Assembly (NCBI GenBank): GCA_028823995.1 | Contig: JAPPFD010000009.1 | Location: 89,500-153,499, forward strand | DNA from: a bacterium | GTDB taxonomy: Bacteria > Actinomycetota > Acidimicrobiia > Spongiisociales > ZC4RG35 | DNA length: 64,000 bases | Direction: 5' to 3' | In this document: positions 8,059 through 18,302 of the stretch, one piece after another | Position numbering within the stretch: position 1 is the first letter of the stretch | Layout of the letters: the number at the start of each line of letters is the position of its first letter | The notes under the pieces: model-generated | Database searches by the model: none | What the model saw: the letters and a program-made list of their open reading frames with translations, nothing else | What the model was told of the DNA's origin: nothing | Program-made: the position numbers and the translations under genes

Positions 8059-9171
8059 ATGAGCCGACCCATGATCGCCCTGAAAGACGTCTCCAAGACC
8101 TACGGTGACTCCTCCCGGCCGGCGGTGGGTTCTCTCACCCTGGAGATAGCCAGGGGTGAGGTTGTCGTGCTGGTGGGGCCGTCGGGATGTGGGAAGACCA
8201 CCGTCCTGAAGATGATCAACCGGCTGGTGGAGCCCACCTCCGGGTCAATCGAGGTGGACGGCGCGCCCATAGGGGAAGGGGAGGCTCACCTGCTGCGGCG
8301 CTCGATCGGGTACGTGATCCAGCAAGTCGGGCTGTTCCCGCACTGGACGGTGGGCCGCAACATCGCCACCGTCCCCGAGTTGTTGGGTTGGTCGCCGGAG
8401 CGGACCGCCGAGCGGGTGACCGAGTTGGCTCGACTGGTCGGATTGGAAGAGTCGATGCTGGGTCGCTATCCGGCAGCCCTGTCGGGGGGCCAGCAGCAGC
8501 GGGTGGGAGTGGCCCGCGCCCTGGCCGCCGACCCGCCGGTGCTGCTCATGGACGAGCCGTTCGGGGCGGTGGACCCCATCGTTCGTCACCGGCTGCAGGA
8601 CGAACTCCTGGATCTCCAGAAACGGCTGCGGAAGACCATCGTGTTCGTGACCCACGACATAGAGGAGGCCATCAAGCTGGGCGATCGGATCGTCATACTC
8701 AACGAGGGTGGAGTGTTGGAGCAGGTGGGGTCCCCGCGTGAGATCCTGAGCCATCCCGCCAACCGCTTCGTGGAGGACTTCATCGGAGCGGAGCGGAACC
8801 TCCAGCAGTTGGCGCTGAGGAAGGTGGCGGGGCTGACCCTCCGGTGGGGTCCCGTGCTGGAGGTCTCCTCCACTCCCCGGGCGGCCCGGGACGCGGCCCG
8901 CAGGGAGGGGACCGACTGGGTGGGCCTGCTCTCCGATGGGATGATCCGGGGCTGGGCGCCCGTCTCCGAACTGGAGGGGGTCTCCTCCCTCGAGGAGTTG
9001 GCAGCCCGCCCCTTCTCCGCCCCGATCCGCCGGAGTTCCACCCTGCGGCAGGCGTTGGACGCCATGGTCGGCGCCCGCTTCGCGTCGGCGGTGGTGGCCG
9101 AAGACGGCTTCTACTGCGGGCTGGTGGACATGAGGACGGTCTGGGAGGCGCTGGGGTCGTCGGACGAATGA
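8059..9171 (+). CDS. Osmoprotectant (Opu/ProV-type) ABC transporter ATP-binding protein with CBS-like tail
   Basis: GPSGCGKTT, LSGGQQQRV, LLMDEPF and VTHD motifs. Confidence 0.93.
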   Translation: MSRPMIALKDVSKTYGDSSRPAVGSLTLEIARGEVVVLVGPSGCGKTTVLKMINRLVEPTSGSIEVDGAPIGEGEAHLLRRSIGYVIQQVGLFPHWTVGRNIATVPELLGWSPERTAERVTELARLVGLEESMLGRYPAALSGGQQQRVGVARALAADPPVLLMDEPFGAVDPIVRHRLQDELLDLQKRLRKTIVFVTHDIEEAIKLGDRIVILNEGGVLEQVGSPREILSHPANRFVEDFIGAERNLQQLALRKVAGLTLRWGPVLEVSSTPRAARDAARREGTDWVGLLSDGMIRGWAPVSELEGVSSLEELAARPFSAPIRRSSTLRQALDAMVGARFASAVVAEDGFYCGLVDMRTVWEALGSSDE

Positions 9172-9181
9172 GGAGCGGCGC

Positions 9182-9829
9182 ATGAACCTCTTCAACTGGG
9201 ATTGGGTGGCCCGCAACTGGAGTTCCATTCTGGAAAGGGCCTGGGAGCACCTGTTCCTTACCGGGGTGGCGGTGGGGGTGGGGACTGTGATCGCCATGGG
9301 ACTCTCGCTGGCGGCCGTTCGGCGGCGCCGTTGGTACGGGCCGATCACATCCGCCACCAACGTCCTCTACACCATCCCCTCCCTGGCTTTGTTCGCCTTC
9401 CTGGTGCCGTTCACCGGCCTGTCCACCCTCACATCGGAGATCGGCCTGGTCAGCTACACCCTGCTGATAATCGTGCGAAACACCGTGGCGGGGATCGACG
9501 GCGTCTCGGCGGGGGTCAGGGAGGCGGCGGACGGGATGGGGTTCACCGCCCGCAGTCGCTTCTGGAAGGCGGAGTTTCCCCTGGCCCTGCCGGTCATCAT
9601 GGCAGGGATTCGCATCGCTTCGGTCACCACGGTGGGACTGGTGACCATCACCGCCATCCTGGGCCAGGGGGGCCTGGGATTCTTCATCCTGGCGGGCCTC
9701 CGAAGTTTCTTCTGGACCCAGATAATCATCGGGACACTGGGCTCGGTCCTGTTGGCGGTGGTGATCGATGTGGGACTGCTGCGGGTCGAGCGCCTGCTGA
9801 CCCCCTGGAGCAGGAGCAGGACGGCATGA
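9182..9829 (+). CDS. Osmoprotectant ABC transporter permease
   Basis: TIPSLALF, EAADGMG and ELPLALPVIMAGIR-type EAA loop. Confidence 0.92.
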   Translation: MNLFNWDWVARNWSSILERAWEHLFLTGVAVGVGTVIAMGLSLAAVRRRRWYGPITSATNVLYTIPSLALFAFLVPFTGLSTLTSEIGLVSYTLLIIVRNTVAGIDGVSAGVREAADGMGFTARSRFWKAEFPLALPVIMAGIRIASVTTVGLVTITAILGQGGLGFFILAGLRSFFWTQIIIGTLGSVLLAVVIDVGLLRVERLLTPWSRSRTA

Positions 9830-10509
9830 CCGACCGTCCCCTCACCGAGGAACTCAAGCTGTTCCTGGGCGACCCCGAGACCTGGTGGGGACCGGGGAGC
9901 ATCCCCCTCCGACTGGCCGAGCATCTGCTGTTGTCGGCGGTGGCGGTGATCGTCGCGGCCGCGCTGGTCATCCCCGCCGCTCTGTGGGCGGCTCACCGGA
10001 GGCGGGGGATCGCGGCGGTGTCGGCGGTGGTCAACATCGGCCGGGCGGTCCCGACCTTCGGAATCCTGGTGATCGTGGTGGTGTGGCTGGGGTTGGGCCC
10101 CTGGCCCGCCCTGGTGGCTCTCGTGGCCTTGAGCGGACCTCCGATGTTCACCAACACGGTGGCAGGAGTCCTGGCGGTTGACCCCGCGGTGTTGGAGTCT
10201 GCTCGGGGGATGGGGATGACCGGAGGGCGGATCCTCAAGGAGGTGGAGTTGCCCCTGGCCCTGCCGGTGATCTCCGAAGGCGTGCGGATCGCAACTTCAC
10301 AGGTGATAGCCACCGCCACCCTTGCCGCCTTGGCGGCGGGCGGGGGCCTGGGTCGCTTCATAGTGGACGGCTTCGCCAAGCGGGACCAGGGAGAGTTGTT
10401 GATCGGGGCGGTGCTGGTGGCCATCCTGGCGGTGGCGGCGGAGAGGGCGTTCACCCGCGGGCAGCGCCTCCTGACTCCGGCGGGCGTCAGATCCGGGGCC
10501 GGCGGGTAG
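9826..10509 (+). CDS. Osmoprotectant ABC transporter permease
   Basis: ATG at 9826 overlapping the upstream stop. GRAVPTFG, ESARGMG, ELPLALP and GGGLG motifs. Confidence 0.9.
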   Translation: MTDRPLTEELKLFLGDPETWWGPGSIPLRLAEHLLLSAVAVIVAAALVIPAALWAAHRRRGIAAVSAVVNIGRAVPTFGILVIVVVWLGLGPWPALVALVALSGPPMFTNTVAGVLAVDPAVLESARGMGMTGGRILKEVELPLALPVISEGVRIATSQVIATATLAALAAGGGLGRFIVDGFAKRDQGELLIGAVLVAILAVAAERAFTRGQRLLTPAGVRSGAGG

Positions 10510-10615
10510 GACGTCGGCCGGGAGAAAGGGGACCCAGGGGCCGGTACCATGTTCCGGGAGGCGGGCGCCCGCAAGCGGTTCCCGCCCACCAACTATTGAC
10601 AGGAGATGGATACCC

Positions 10616-11527
10616 ATGTTGCATTTGTTGCGCAAGGGCGTCGTTGGGGCGACCCTTCTGGCTTTGGCGCTGCTGGCCGGGGCCTGCGGGTCGGGAGACG
10701 ACGCCGACGGCCCCACCATCGTGGTGGCCTCCTTCAACTTCGGAGAGAGCCTGATACTCGGTGAGATCTACGCCCAGGCGCTGGAAGACGCCGGCTATGC
10801 GGTGGAGAGGAACCTCGGCCTGGGATCGCGGGAGGTTGTGAAGCCCGCCCTCGAGTCGGGCGAGATCGGCCTGGTCCCCGAATACACGGGAAGCCTGGGC
10901 AACTTCCTCGGCGTGGTGCCGACCGCCGACGAGCAGTCCACCTGGCAGGAAGTCAAGGACGCCTTCGAGGCCAATGGAGTGACGCTCCTCGCCTACGCCC
11001 CCGCACAGGACAAGAACGGGTTCGTGGTGACCGGCGAGACGGCGGCCGCTCTCGGCCTCGCCAGCGTCAGCGACTTGGCGCCGCACGCCTCCGACCTGGT
11101 GTTCGGGGGTCCGCCGGAGTGCCCCGAGAGACTCAACTGCCTCCCCGGCCTGGAGAGCGTGTACGGTCTGGTGTTCGCCGAGTTCAAACCCCTGGACGTG
11201 GGGGGTCCCCTCACGGTGGCGGCCCTGGAAGGAGGCGATGTCGATGTGGGGGTGCTGTTCACCACCGACGGCGTCATCGCGGCCAAGGGTCTGGTGCTCC
11301 TCGACGACGACCGGGGTCTGAATCCGGCGGAGAACATCGTGCCGGCGGTCCGTATGGACATCGTCGACGCCTACGGTGATGACTTCGTCGAACTCCTGGA
11401 CGGAGTCTCGGCGGCCATCACCACCCCGGAACTCACCGAGATGAACCGCCGGGCGGGGATCGATCAGGAGGACCCGGCGGACATAGCCGCCCAGTGGCTG
11501 TCGGACAAGGGATTCGTCTCCGGCTGA
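10616..11527 (+). CDS. Osmoprotectant ABC transporter substrate-binding lipoprotein (OpuAC/OsmF-like)
   Basis: Lipobox LAGAC. NFGESLILGEIYAQALE and VPEYTGS motifs. Confidence 0.92.
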   Translation: MLHLLRKGVVGATLLALALLAGACGSGDDADGPTIVVASFNFGESLILGEIYAQALEDAGYAVERNLGLGSREVVKPALESGEIGLVPEYTGSLGNFLGVVPTADEQSTWQEVKDAFEANGVTLLAYAPAQDKNGFVVTGETAAALGLASVSDLAPHASDLVFGGPPECPERLNCLPGLESVYGLVFAEFKPLDVGGPLTVAALEGGDVDVGVLFTTDGVIAAKGLVLLDDDRGLNPAENIVPAVRMDIVDAYGDDFVELLDGVSAAITTPELTEMNRRAGIDQEDPADIAAQWLSDKGFVSG

Positions 11528-11560
11528 ACCGGCTTTACGGAAGGATCGTCCGGCTTGAAT

Positions 11561-11821
11561 TCAGGAACGGGGGTCTTCTGGCTCCCGTTCCTGGTATTCG
11601 CGCCATTCGGCGATCGAGCGGGAGACGAGGACCATGATCACCGCCATCCCCACCAGGCCCAGGGCGAAACCCACCACACTCCAGAAGAGGGACCGGCCCA
11701 CACAACCCGATCCGAAGTCGGAACGGCAGGCCACGTCGTTCACCACCCATCCCAGACCGCCGCCGAACAACCCGGCCGCCAGCGACGGGACGGCTATCCA
11801 CGGATTGGGCCGGCGCCTCAT
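11561..11821 (-). CDS. Small two-TM membrane protein with a Cys pair
   Basis: MRRRPNPWIAVPSLAAGLFGG...VACRSDFGSGC...SIAEW. ATGA overlap with the upstream ORF. Confidence 0.7.
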   Translation of the reverse strand: MRRRPNPWIAVPSLAAGLFGGGLGWVVNDVACRSDFGSGCVGRSLFWSVVGFALGLVGMAVIMVLVSRSIAEWREYQEREPEDPRS

Positions 11822-12585
11822 CTCCGGTCTCCCCTCTGATCGGGCGCCGGGCGGGACCGGGCGGCCTCCCCGGCTGATCTGATGCGCAAGGGTGTGGGGC
11901 CCGGCACGGGTTCCGGCCGGGTGTCCACCAGGGGCCGTACCGCCAGGCGCGCATCTTCCGACCAGGCGGCCCAGGAGGCGACGCCGGCCCCGGCGACGAT
12001 CACGGTCCAACCCGGCCAGGGGGTGGTGAGGGCAGCCGGCAGCGCGGCCGCCGGGACGACAAACCGGGTGACGAAGAGAGAGCCCGTAACAGCCTTGGCG
12101 TAAATCGCCGCCGCGGCCGCGGAGAGGGCCGCAAACGCCCAGCCCCCGCCCAACCCGTCCACCGACACCGCCGCCAGGACGACCGGGAGACCGGCCAGCA
12201 CGCAGAGGAGCAGCACGGATCGGGCGGGAGGACCGAGGGTGGGCGCCCGGCCCCGCCCGGACTCGGCAAGCCAGGGGCCCGCCACCAGGGTCAGGGTCGC
12301 CGCGGCCATGCCGACACCCACCCACCACCATCCCGACAGGGTGATGGCCGTCGCCAGGCCCAACTCGCCCGCAGCCAACCCACCGGCCATCCTGCGTCCC
12401 CACCGGGAGTTCTTCATCACAACTCCTACCAGGGCGGCCGTGGAGAGCACCACCAGTCCGGCGGCCAGCACGGCCGACTGGACCGGCTCCCAGGGACCCC
12501 CGCCCACGGAGATGGCGCCGGCCCACGCCAGGGCGGCCAGCAGACAGAGCCCTCCCGCGGTGGCGGCGGCGGGAGAGGACTTCAC
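11818..12585 (-). CDS. Multi-pass hypothetical membrane protein
   Basis: Several hydrophobic Ala/Leu/Trp segments. Starts 15 nt after topA. Confidence 0.7.
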   Translation of the reverse strand: MKSSPAAATAGGLCLLAALAWAGAISVGGGPWEPVQSAVLAAGLVVLSTAALVGVVMKNSRWGRRMAGGLAAGELGLATAITLSGWWWVGVGMAAATLTLVAGPWLAESGRGRAPTLGPPARSVLLLCVLAGLPVVLAAVSVDGLGGGWAFAALSAAAAAIYAKAVTGSLFVTRFVVPAAALPAALTTPWPGWTVIVAGAGVASWAAWSEDARLAVRPLVDTRPEPVPGPTPLRIRSAGEAARSRPAPDQRGDRR

Positions 12586-12599
12586 CGTCTTCTCAGGAT

Positions 12600-15155
12600 C
12601 TACCTGCGACGCCGTGACCGGGATCGCCCCTTCGAGGAACCCCTGGTCTGGCGGCGTCTCTCCAAGAGTTCACTGGCCCGGTCGGCGGTGATGTTGTCAG
12701 GGGTGTCCTTCTCACTGAGAGAAGCGTTGGTGACCCCATCGCTCACATACAGGCCGTACCTGCCGTCCCGGAGTTCGAGCGGCTTCCCGGTGCGGGGATC
12801 GTCTCCGAGCTTCCGGAGAGCCGGGCTTCCTCCCCGTCGGTAGGGCGTGGCCAGCACGCCGAGCGCCTCCTCCAGGGTTATGGTGAACAGTTGCTCCACA
12901 TCCGGGAGGGTGCGGTTGGTCTTACCCCGGGAGATGTAGGGGCCGTACCGGCCGTACCGGGCGACCACCTCGTCGCCGCTCTCGGGGTCCACCCCGACGG
13001 TCCGGGGAAGACCGAGCCAACGCAGCGCCTCGGGGAGGCTGAGACCCCCCAACTCGGTTCCCTTGGGTAGAGAGACCCGCTTGGGCTTGGGTTTCCCGCG
13101 CTCGGTCTCTCCCAGTTGCAGGTAGGGACCGTACCTGCCTTCCAACGCCAGCACCTCGAGCCCGCTCCCGGGATCGGTCCCGAGTATCTTGCGATCGCCG
13201 CCCGACTTCCCCTCAGCCAGCATCTCCAGCGCCTTCTCCGGGGTCAGTTCGTCGGGGGGCATCCGATCGGGGATGGAAACGGTTTGGCCTTCCCAGAACA
13301 GGTAGGGTCCGTACCTGCCGATCCGGGCCGCGATCTCGTTCCCCTCGGGGTCCAGGCCTATCAGGATCTTTCGGGAGAGCCGGGTGTCGACTTTCTCGAG
13401 ACTCGTCTCCACCCCCGCCTGGAGGCCGTCGGGGCCGAAGTAGAAACGCTCCAACCACGGCCTGGTCTGCTCCTGGCGCGAGGCGATGCGGTCCAGATCG
13501 TCCTCCATCTTTGCGGTGAACTGGTAGTCGACCAGCTTGGGAAAGCTCTGCTCCAACAGGGTGACCACCGCGAAGGCCGTGAACGTGGGGATCAGGGCCC
13601 GGCTTTGGCTCCACACATAACCGCGGTCCTGGATGGTGCTCATTATCGACGCGTAGGTCGATGGCCGGCCCACACCCAGCCTCTCCAGCGTCCTGATCAG
13701 GGAGGCCTCGGTGTACCACGCCGGTGGCCTGGTCCGGTGGTCCCGGGCGGTCATGTCCTCCGTGGTCACCTCCTGGCCGACCGAGAGCACCGGAAGCGCC
13801 TTCAGGCCGCCCTTCCCCTTGCCGGCGCCCGCCCTGTCCATGGACCCGAGTGCCCTGAGGAACCCGGGGAAGGTGATGGTCCGCCCCTGTGACTCGAACT
13901 CCACGGCCTGGCCCGCCGATGAGACGCCGCCCAGGGTGACGGTGACGCTCTCCCCGGTGGCGTCCTTCATCTGGGATGCAACGGCCTGATTCCATATCAG
14001 CCGGTATAGACGGGACGCATCCCCCTCGCCGATGGCGGAGGTCACCTGCCGGGGGGTCTTCCATGACATGCCGGAGGGACGGATCGCCTCGTGCGCCTCC
14101 TGGGCTCCCCTCACCCGGGACTTGTAGACCCTCGGCCGGGAGGGAAGGAACCGGTCGCCGAACTCGCTCCTGATCAGTTTCCGGGCGGTGGCGATGGCCT
14201 CGTCGGAGACGGAGACCGAGTCGGTGCGCATGTAGGTGATGTACCCGTTCTCGTAGAGTTGCTGGGCGGCGCGCATGGTGCGCGAAGGGCTCATTCTGAG
14301 TCTTCCGGAGGCTTCCTGCTGGAGGGTGGAAGTACGGAAAGGGGGAGAGGGAGAGCGCTTGTACGGCTTTTGTTTCAGGTCCGTGACCGAGAACGCCGAG
14401 TCGGCCAGTTCGGCCACCAGGCGCTCGGCGTCGGCCTTGTCCAACTGGAGCCTCTTGGGATTCTTCAGTTCGCCGCGGGAGGTGAAGTCCCTGCCGGTGG
14501 ACACCCGCCGTCCCTCCACCGAGGCAAGGTGGGCCTCGAACCCGTCGGCCGGTTTCCCGACCGGGTGGAAGACCCCGGCGATGTCCCAGTATTCGGCTCT
14601 GACGAACTTGATGCGCTCCCGGGCCCTCTCCACAACCAGGCGGACCGCCACGCTTTGCACCCGTCCGGCGGATAGTCCCGTCTTGATCTTCTTCCACAGC
14701 ACCGGCGAGACCTCGTAACCGTAGAGGCGATCCAGGATCCGCCTCGCTTCCTGGGAGTCCACCAGGGCCGTGTCGAGCTCCCGGGGGTTCTCGAAGGCGT
14801 GGCGGATGGCGTCGCGGGTGATCTCGTAGAACACCATTCTCCTCACCGGCACCGTGGGCTTCAGCAACTGGGTCAGGTGCCAGGCAATGGCCTCTCCCTC
14901 CCGGTCGCGGTCGGTGGCCAGGTACAGGGAGTCTGCGCCCGCCAGCGCCTCCCGGAGCTTTCTGACCTGCCCGGACTTGCCCGGAGAGGTGACGTACTTG
15001 GGTTGGAACCCGCCCTCCACGTCCACGCCCAGTTCCTTTTCGGGCAGGTCCCGCACATGCCCCATGGAGGACTGCACCACTACGTCAGGCCCCAGATAAG
15101 AGGAGATGTTGCGCGCCTTGGTGGGCGATTCGACGACGACTAACGCCTTGCTCAT
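12600..15155 (-). CDS. topA: DNA topoisomerase I (actinobacterial type with C-terminal repeats)
   Basis: LVVVESPTKA, LATDRDREGE, SAGRVQS, catalytic ITYMRTDS and repeated GRYGPY C-terminal motifs. Confidence 0.97.
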   Translation of the reverse strand: MSKALVVVESPTKARNISSYLGPDVVVQSSMGHVRDLPEKELGVDVEGGFQPKYVTSPGKSGQVRKLREALAGADSLYLATDRDREGEAIAWHLTQLLKPTVPVRRMVFYEITRDAIRHAFENPRELDTALVDSQEARRILDRLYGYEVSPVLWKKIKTGLSAGRVQSVAVRLVVERARERIKFVRAEYWDIAGVFHPVGKPADGFEAHLASVEGRRVSTGRDFTSRGELKNPKRLQLDKADAERLVAELADSAFSVTDLKQKPYKRSPSPPFRTSTLQQEASGRLRMSPSRTMRAAQQLYENGYITYMRTDSVSVSDEAIATARKLIRSEFGDRFLPSRPRVYKSRVRGAQEAHEAIRPSGMSWKTPRQVTSAIGEGDASRLYRLIWNQAVASQMKDATGESVTVTLGGVSSAGQAVEFESQGRTITFPGFLRALGSMDRAGAGKGKGGLKALPVLSVGQEVTTEDMTARDHRTRPPAWYTEASLIRTLERLGVGRPSTYASIMSTIQDRGYVWSQSRALIPTFTAFAVVTLLEQSFPKLVDYQFTAKMEDDLDRIASRQEQTRPWLERFYFGPDGLQAGVETSLEKVDTRLSRKILIGLDPEGNEIAARIGRYGPYLFWEGQTVSIPDRMPPDELTPEKALEMLAEGKSGGDRKILGTDPGSGLEVLALEGRYGPYLQLGETERGKPKPKRVSLPKGTELGGLSLPEALRWLGLPRTVGVDPESGDEVVARYGRYGPYISRGKTNRTLPDVEQLFTITLEEALGVLATPYRRGGSPALRKLGDDPRTGKPLELRDGRYGLYVSDGVTNASLSEKDTPDNITADRASELLERRRQTRGSSKGRSRSRRRR

Positions 15156-15232
15156 GTGGCTTACCAAGTTACCCGCACGCGGCGGCCAATGCCTAACCGA
15201 GATCGGCTGAAACGGGTTGGTGAGTTAGTGTT

Positions 15233-16630
15233 GTGAGGGTGGATTCGGTGGAAAACATCCGCGGCAGGGAGCTGATACGCCGAGGTCCATTCGCCAAGTT
15301 GTGGTGGGCGAACAGTATCTCCAGCCTGGGGGACTGGGTGAACATCTTCGCCACGCTCGCCCTCGCCGCCCGTATCGGCGGTGGGGGGGACGCCTCCACG
15401 GTGGCCATCATCGTTCCACTGGTGGCGCGCTTTTTGCCGGGGATGGTGGCGGGGATGCTCGGAGGGGTGGTGGCGGACCGCTGGAACCGGAAGGTGACAA
15501 TGGTCGTCTCCGACTTCGGGAGGGCGGTCCTGGTGGGCAGCCTGCTGTTCGTGTCCACCCTCTCCCAACTCTTCTTGATCATCGTGTTGGTGGAACTCCT
15601 CGGGCTCTTCCGCCAGCCGGCCCGGGAAGCGGTGGTGCCCACCCTGATCGCCTCACGCCATCTGGCGGCGGCCAACGGGCTCAACCTGGTCTCCATGTAC
15701 GGCACCGCCCCGATCGGCTCGGCGCTGTTCGCCCTGTTGACCGAATTCAGCGAGCTCCTTCCCGAAATCAGCCAGTTCGGCGCCTGGGTGCTGCCCGCCT
15801 TCCTGTTCGACATGGCCACCTTCGTGGCTTCGGGGCTGATCACCCTCACCATCCCCATCAAGCGGACCCTGTTGCCGGAGCAGCGACGCATGCGGTTGAA
15901 GGCCAGGTCGCTGGCGGCGCCCGTGCGGGACCTGCTGGAAGGGTGGGCCCTGGTGGGGAAGAAGGGCCCGGTGCGCCGGCTGGTGTGGGGAATGGCGGTG
16001 GCGCTCCTGGGAGGAGGGGGGCTGTTCGTAATGGGGCAGCCGTTCAGCCAGCAGGTCCTGGAGGCGACCGAGAGTGGGTACGGGGCGTTGCTCACCTCGC
16101 TCGGCCTGGGGGTGACGATCGGGATGGTGCTGCTGGCCGGTCTCGGGAAGAACCTGCTGCACCGCGAGCCGATCTTCTGCCTGGGCCTGTGGGCGGCAGG
16201 CGCGGGAATCGTCTTTACCAGCTTCTCTCAGTCGGTCATCTCGGCGGTGGGCTGGGTGCTGCTTCTGGGCGTGGGGACCGGCATGGCGTACGTGGCCGGG
16301 TTCACCCAACTCCATTCGGTGGTGACCGACGAGATCAGGGGCAGGACTTTCGGGGCGCTCTACACCCTGGGACGGATGGCCCTTCTGGTCTCACTGGCCG
16401 TGGCGGGGGTGGGGGCGGTGGCGCTGGAGGGGGTTCTCCCCGGCCTGCTGAGCGATGGGATCCGGGCCGTGCTGTTCATCAGCGGCCTGGCGGTGCTCCT
16501 CACCGGACTGGCGACGATCTGGGCGGTGCGGTCCCAGTTGCGAGTGGTGTTCGACAGGTCGATGACCGCCATGAGAGACACCGGCCAGGCGTTGGGGACG
16601 CTGAGACATCGGAAGTCCGGGAAGCCGTGA
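15233..16630 (+). CDS. MFS transporter (H+ antiporter-like)
   Basis: GVVADRWNRK motif A, about 12 TM segments, IRGRTFG. Confidence 0.9.
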   Translation: MRVDSVENIRGRELIRRGPFAKLWWANSISSLGDWVNIFATLALAARIGGGGDASTVAIIVPLVARFLPGMVAGMLGGVVADRWNRKVTMVVSDFGRAVLVGSLLFVSTLSQLFLIIVLVELLGLFRQPAREAVVPTLIASRHLAAANGLNLVSMYGTAPIGSALFALLTEFSELLPEISQFGAWVLPAFLFDMATFVASGLITLTIPIKRTLLPEQRRMRLKARSLAAPVRDLLEGWALVGKKGPVRRLVWGMAVALLGGGGLFVMGQPFSQQVLEATESGYGALLTSLGLGVTIGMVLLAGLGKNLLHREPIFCLGLWAAGAGIVFTSFSQSVISAVGWVLLLGVGTGMAYVAGFTQLHSVVTDEIRGRTFGALYTLGRMALLVSLAVAGVGAVALEGVLPGLLSDGIRAVLFISGLAVLLTGLATIWAVRSQLRVVFDRSMTAMRDTGQALGTLRHRKSGKP

Positions 16631-17247
16631 CGAAAGCCCGCTATCTGGCGACCGAGGGTACGGAAGGGGTGGGAAAGACCACCCTGTGCGACCTCCTGGC
16701 CGCCCGCCTGATCGACCGCGGCGTCGAGGTGGTGAGGGTCAGGGAGCCCGGAGGGACCCGACTGGGGGAGGCAGTGCGGGAAGTTCTCCTGCATGGAGGT
16801 GAGATGAGCGACTGGAGCGAGGCGCTCCTGTTCGCCGCCCAGCGGGCCGAGTTGGCGGAACGGGTCGTGCGTCCCGCCCTCTCCGACGGCAAGTGGGTGC
16901 TGTCCGATCGGTGCTACTACTCGTCCCTGGCCTATCAGGGCTATGCCCGCCGACTGGGAGTCGGTCGCGTCTGGTCGGTGAACAGGCCGGCTCTGGATGG
17001 GACCCTGCCCGACCTGGTGGTGTGGATGGACATGGATGCCGGGGAGGCCCTGGCCCGTCAGCAGGGGGCCGACCGCATCGGGGCGGCGGACCTTGCGTGG
17101 CACAGGGAGGTGTGGAAGGGTTATCGGAGCCTGTGGACGTCCGACCGCGGTCGGATGGTGAGAGTTGACGCCGCGGCGCCCACCGCAAAGATCGCGGAGC
17201 GCCTGGTTTCCGTCTTGGAGGAGCGGGGATGGCTGAGGGACTGCTAG
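16627..17247 (+). CDS. tmk: Thymidylate kinase
   Basis: EGTEGVGKTT, REPGGT, LLFAAQRA and DRCYYSSLAYQG motifs. Confidence 0.95.
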   Translation: MTKARYLATEGTEGVGKTTLCDLLAARLIDRGVEVVRVREPGGTRLGEAVREVLLHGGEMSDWSEALLFAAQRAELAERVVRPALSDGKWVLSDRCYYSSLAYQGYARRLGVGRVWSVNRPALDGTLPDLVVWMDMDAGEALARQQGADRIGAADLAWHREVWKGYRSLWTSDRGRMVRVDAAAPTAKIAERLVSVLEERGWLRDC

Positions 17248-18302
17248 CCGCGCGGGAAGGCCCTCCACCGATCATCGGGCATCGAGCCGTCTGGGAGAGG
17301 CTGGTCGCCGAATCCCGCGCCCCGGCGGGCGCCTATATGTTTGTGGGACCGCGGGGGGTCGGCAAGAGCCTGGTGGCTCGGCGCTTTGCCGAGCGGTTGG
17401 TCTGCTCTCGGGACGGCGACCATCCCGATGGGTGTCTTTCATGTGGGAGGGCCCGGGCAGGTGGGCATCCGGACATCGTGGAGGTGAGCCCCGCCGAGAG
17501 ACAGCGGATCGGGGTGAACGACGCCCGGGGGGTGGTGCAGAGGGCGGCGCGGACTCCGGTGGAATCGTCTCGCAAGGTGTTCATTATCGACCGGGAGATG
17601 ACCGAGCAGGCAGCCAATGCGCTGCTCAAGACGCTGGAGGAGCCCACGGGCTCCACCGTGTTCATCCTGGTGTCCGTCTCCGCAGAGGACTTTCCGACCA
17701 CCGTGGCCAGCCGCTGCCGCATCATCCACTTCGGCAAGGTGGGGACCTCCGAGCTGGTGGAGGGGCTATTGAGGAGAGGCATGGAACGTTCCGAGGCAGA
17801 GGTGGTGGCGGAGGTGGCGGGAGGCCGGCCGGGGATGGCGCTGCAGCTCAGGGGAGAAGCCCCGGTGGCGAGGTTTCGCTCCGCCTGGATGGAGAAGGCG
17901 GAGCAATTGGCCGAACTCGACCACTTGGGGGCCGGCCAGGCGCTGGCCATGGTGGATGAGGCGCTGATCCACACCGAGCGGATGCTCGACCAGGTGCGGC
18001 CCTCCCGGTCGGCGAAGGGCGCCGAGCGGGAGAAGGCGCAGCGGGAGGCCCGCCGACAGCGACGGTTGCTGTGGGTGTCGGGGCTGGAAATAATGGCCGG
18101 GTGGTTTGTGGAGGCCGCAGCCCGGGAGTTGTCAGGGTCCGCCGAAGGATCGGGGGACCGGATGCGGCCGCCGTCGGTTGATCCCGCCCGGGCGCTCCGC
18201 TCGGCGGACCTGATCCTGGAGGCCGGCGTCGAGCTCTCCCGGCTCAACCTCCGTCCCCGGGCCCGCTTGGGGGAGCTCTTCTGCAGGCTGGGCACGCAAT
18301 GA
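17229..18302 (+). CDS. holB: DNA polymerase III subunit delta'
   Basis: GPRGVGKS, zinc-module Cys (CLSC), HPD, AANALLKTLEEP and TVASRC motifs. Follows tmk. Confidence 0.92.
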   Translation: MAEGLLAAREGPPPIIGHRAVWERLVAESRAPAGAYMFVGPRGVGKSLVARRFAERLVCSRDGDHPDGCLSCGRARAGGHPDIVEVSPAERQRIGVNDARGVVQRAARTPVESSRKVFIIDREMTEQAANALLKTLEEPTGSTVFILVSVSAEDFPTTVASRCRIIHFGKVGTSELVEGLLRRGMERSEAEVVAEVAGGRPGMALQLRGEAPVARFRSAWMEKAEQLAELDHLGAGQALAMVDEALIHTERMLDQVRPSRSAKGAEREKAQREARRQRRLLWVSGLEIMAGWFVEAAARELSGSAEGSGDRMRPPSVDPARALRSADLILEAGVELSRLNLRPRARLGELFCRLGTQ

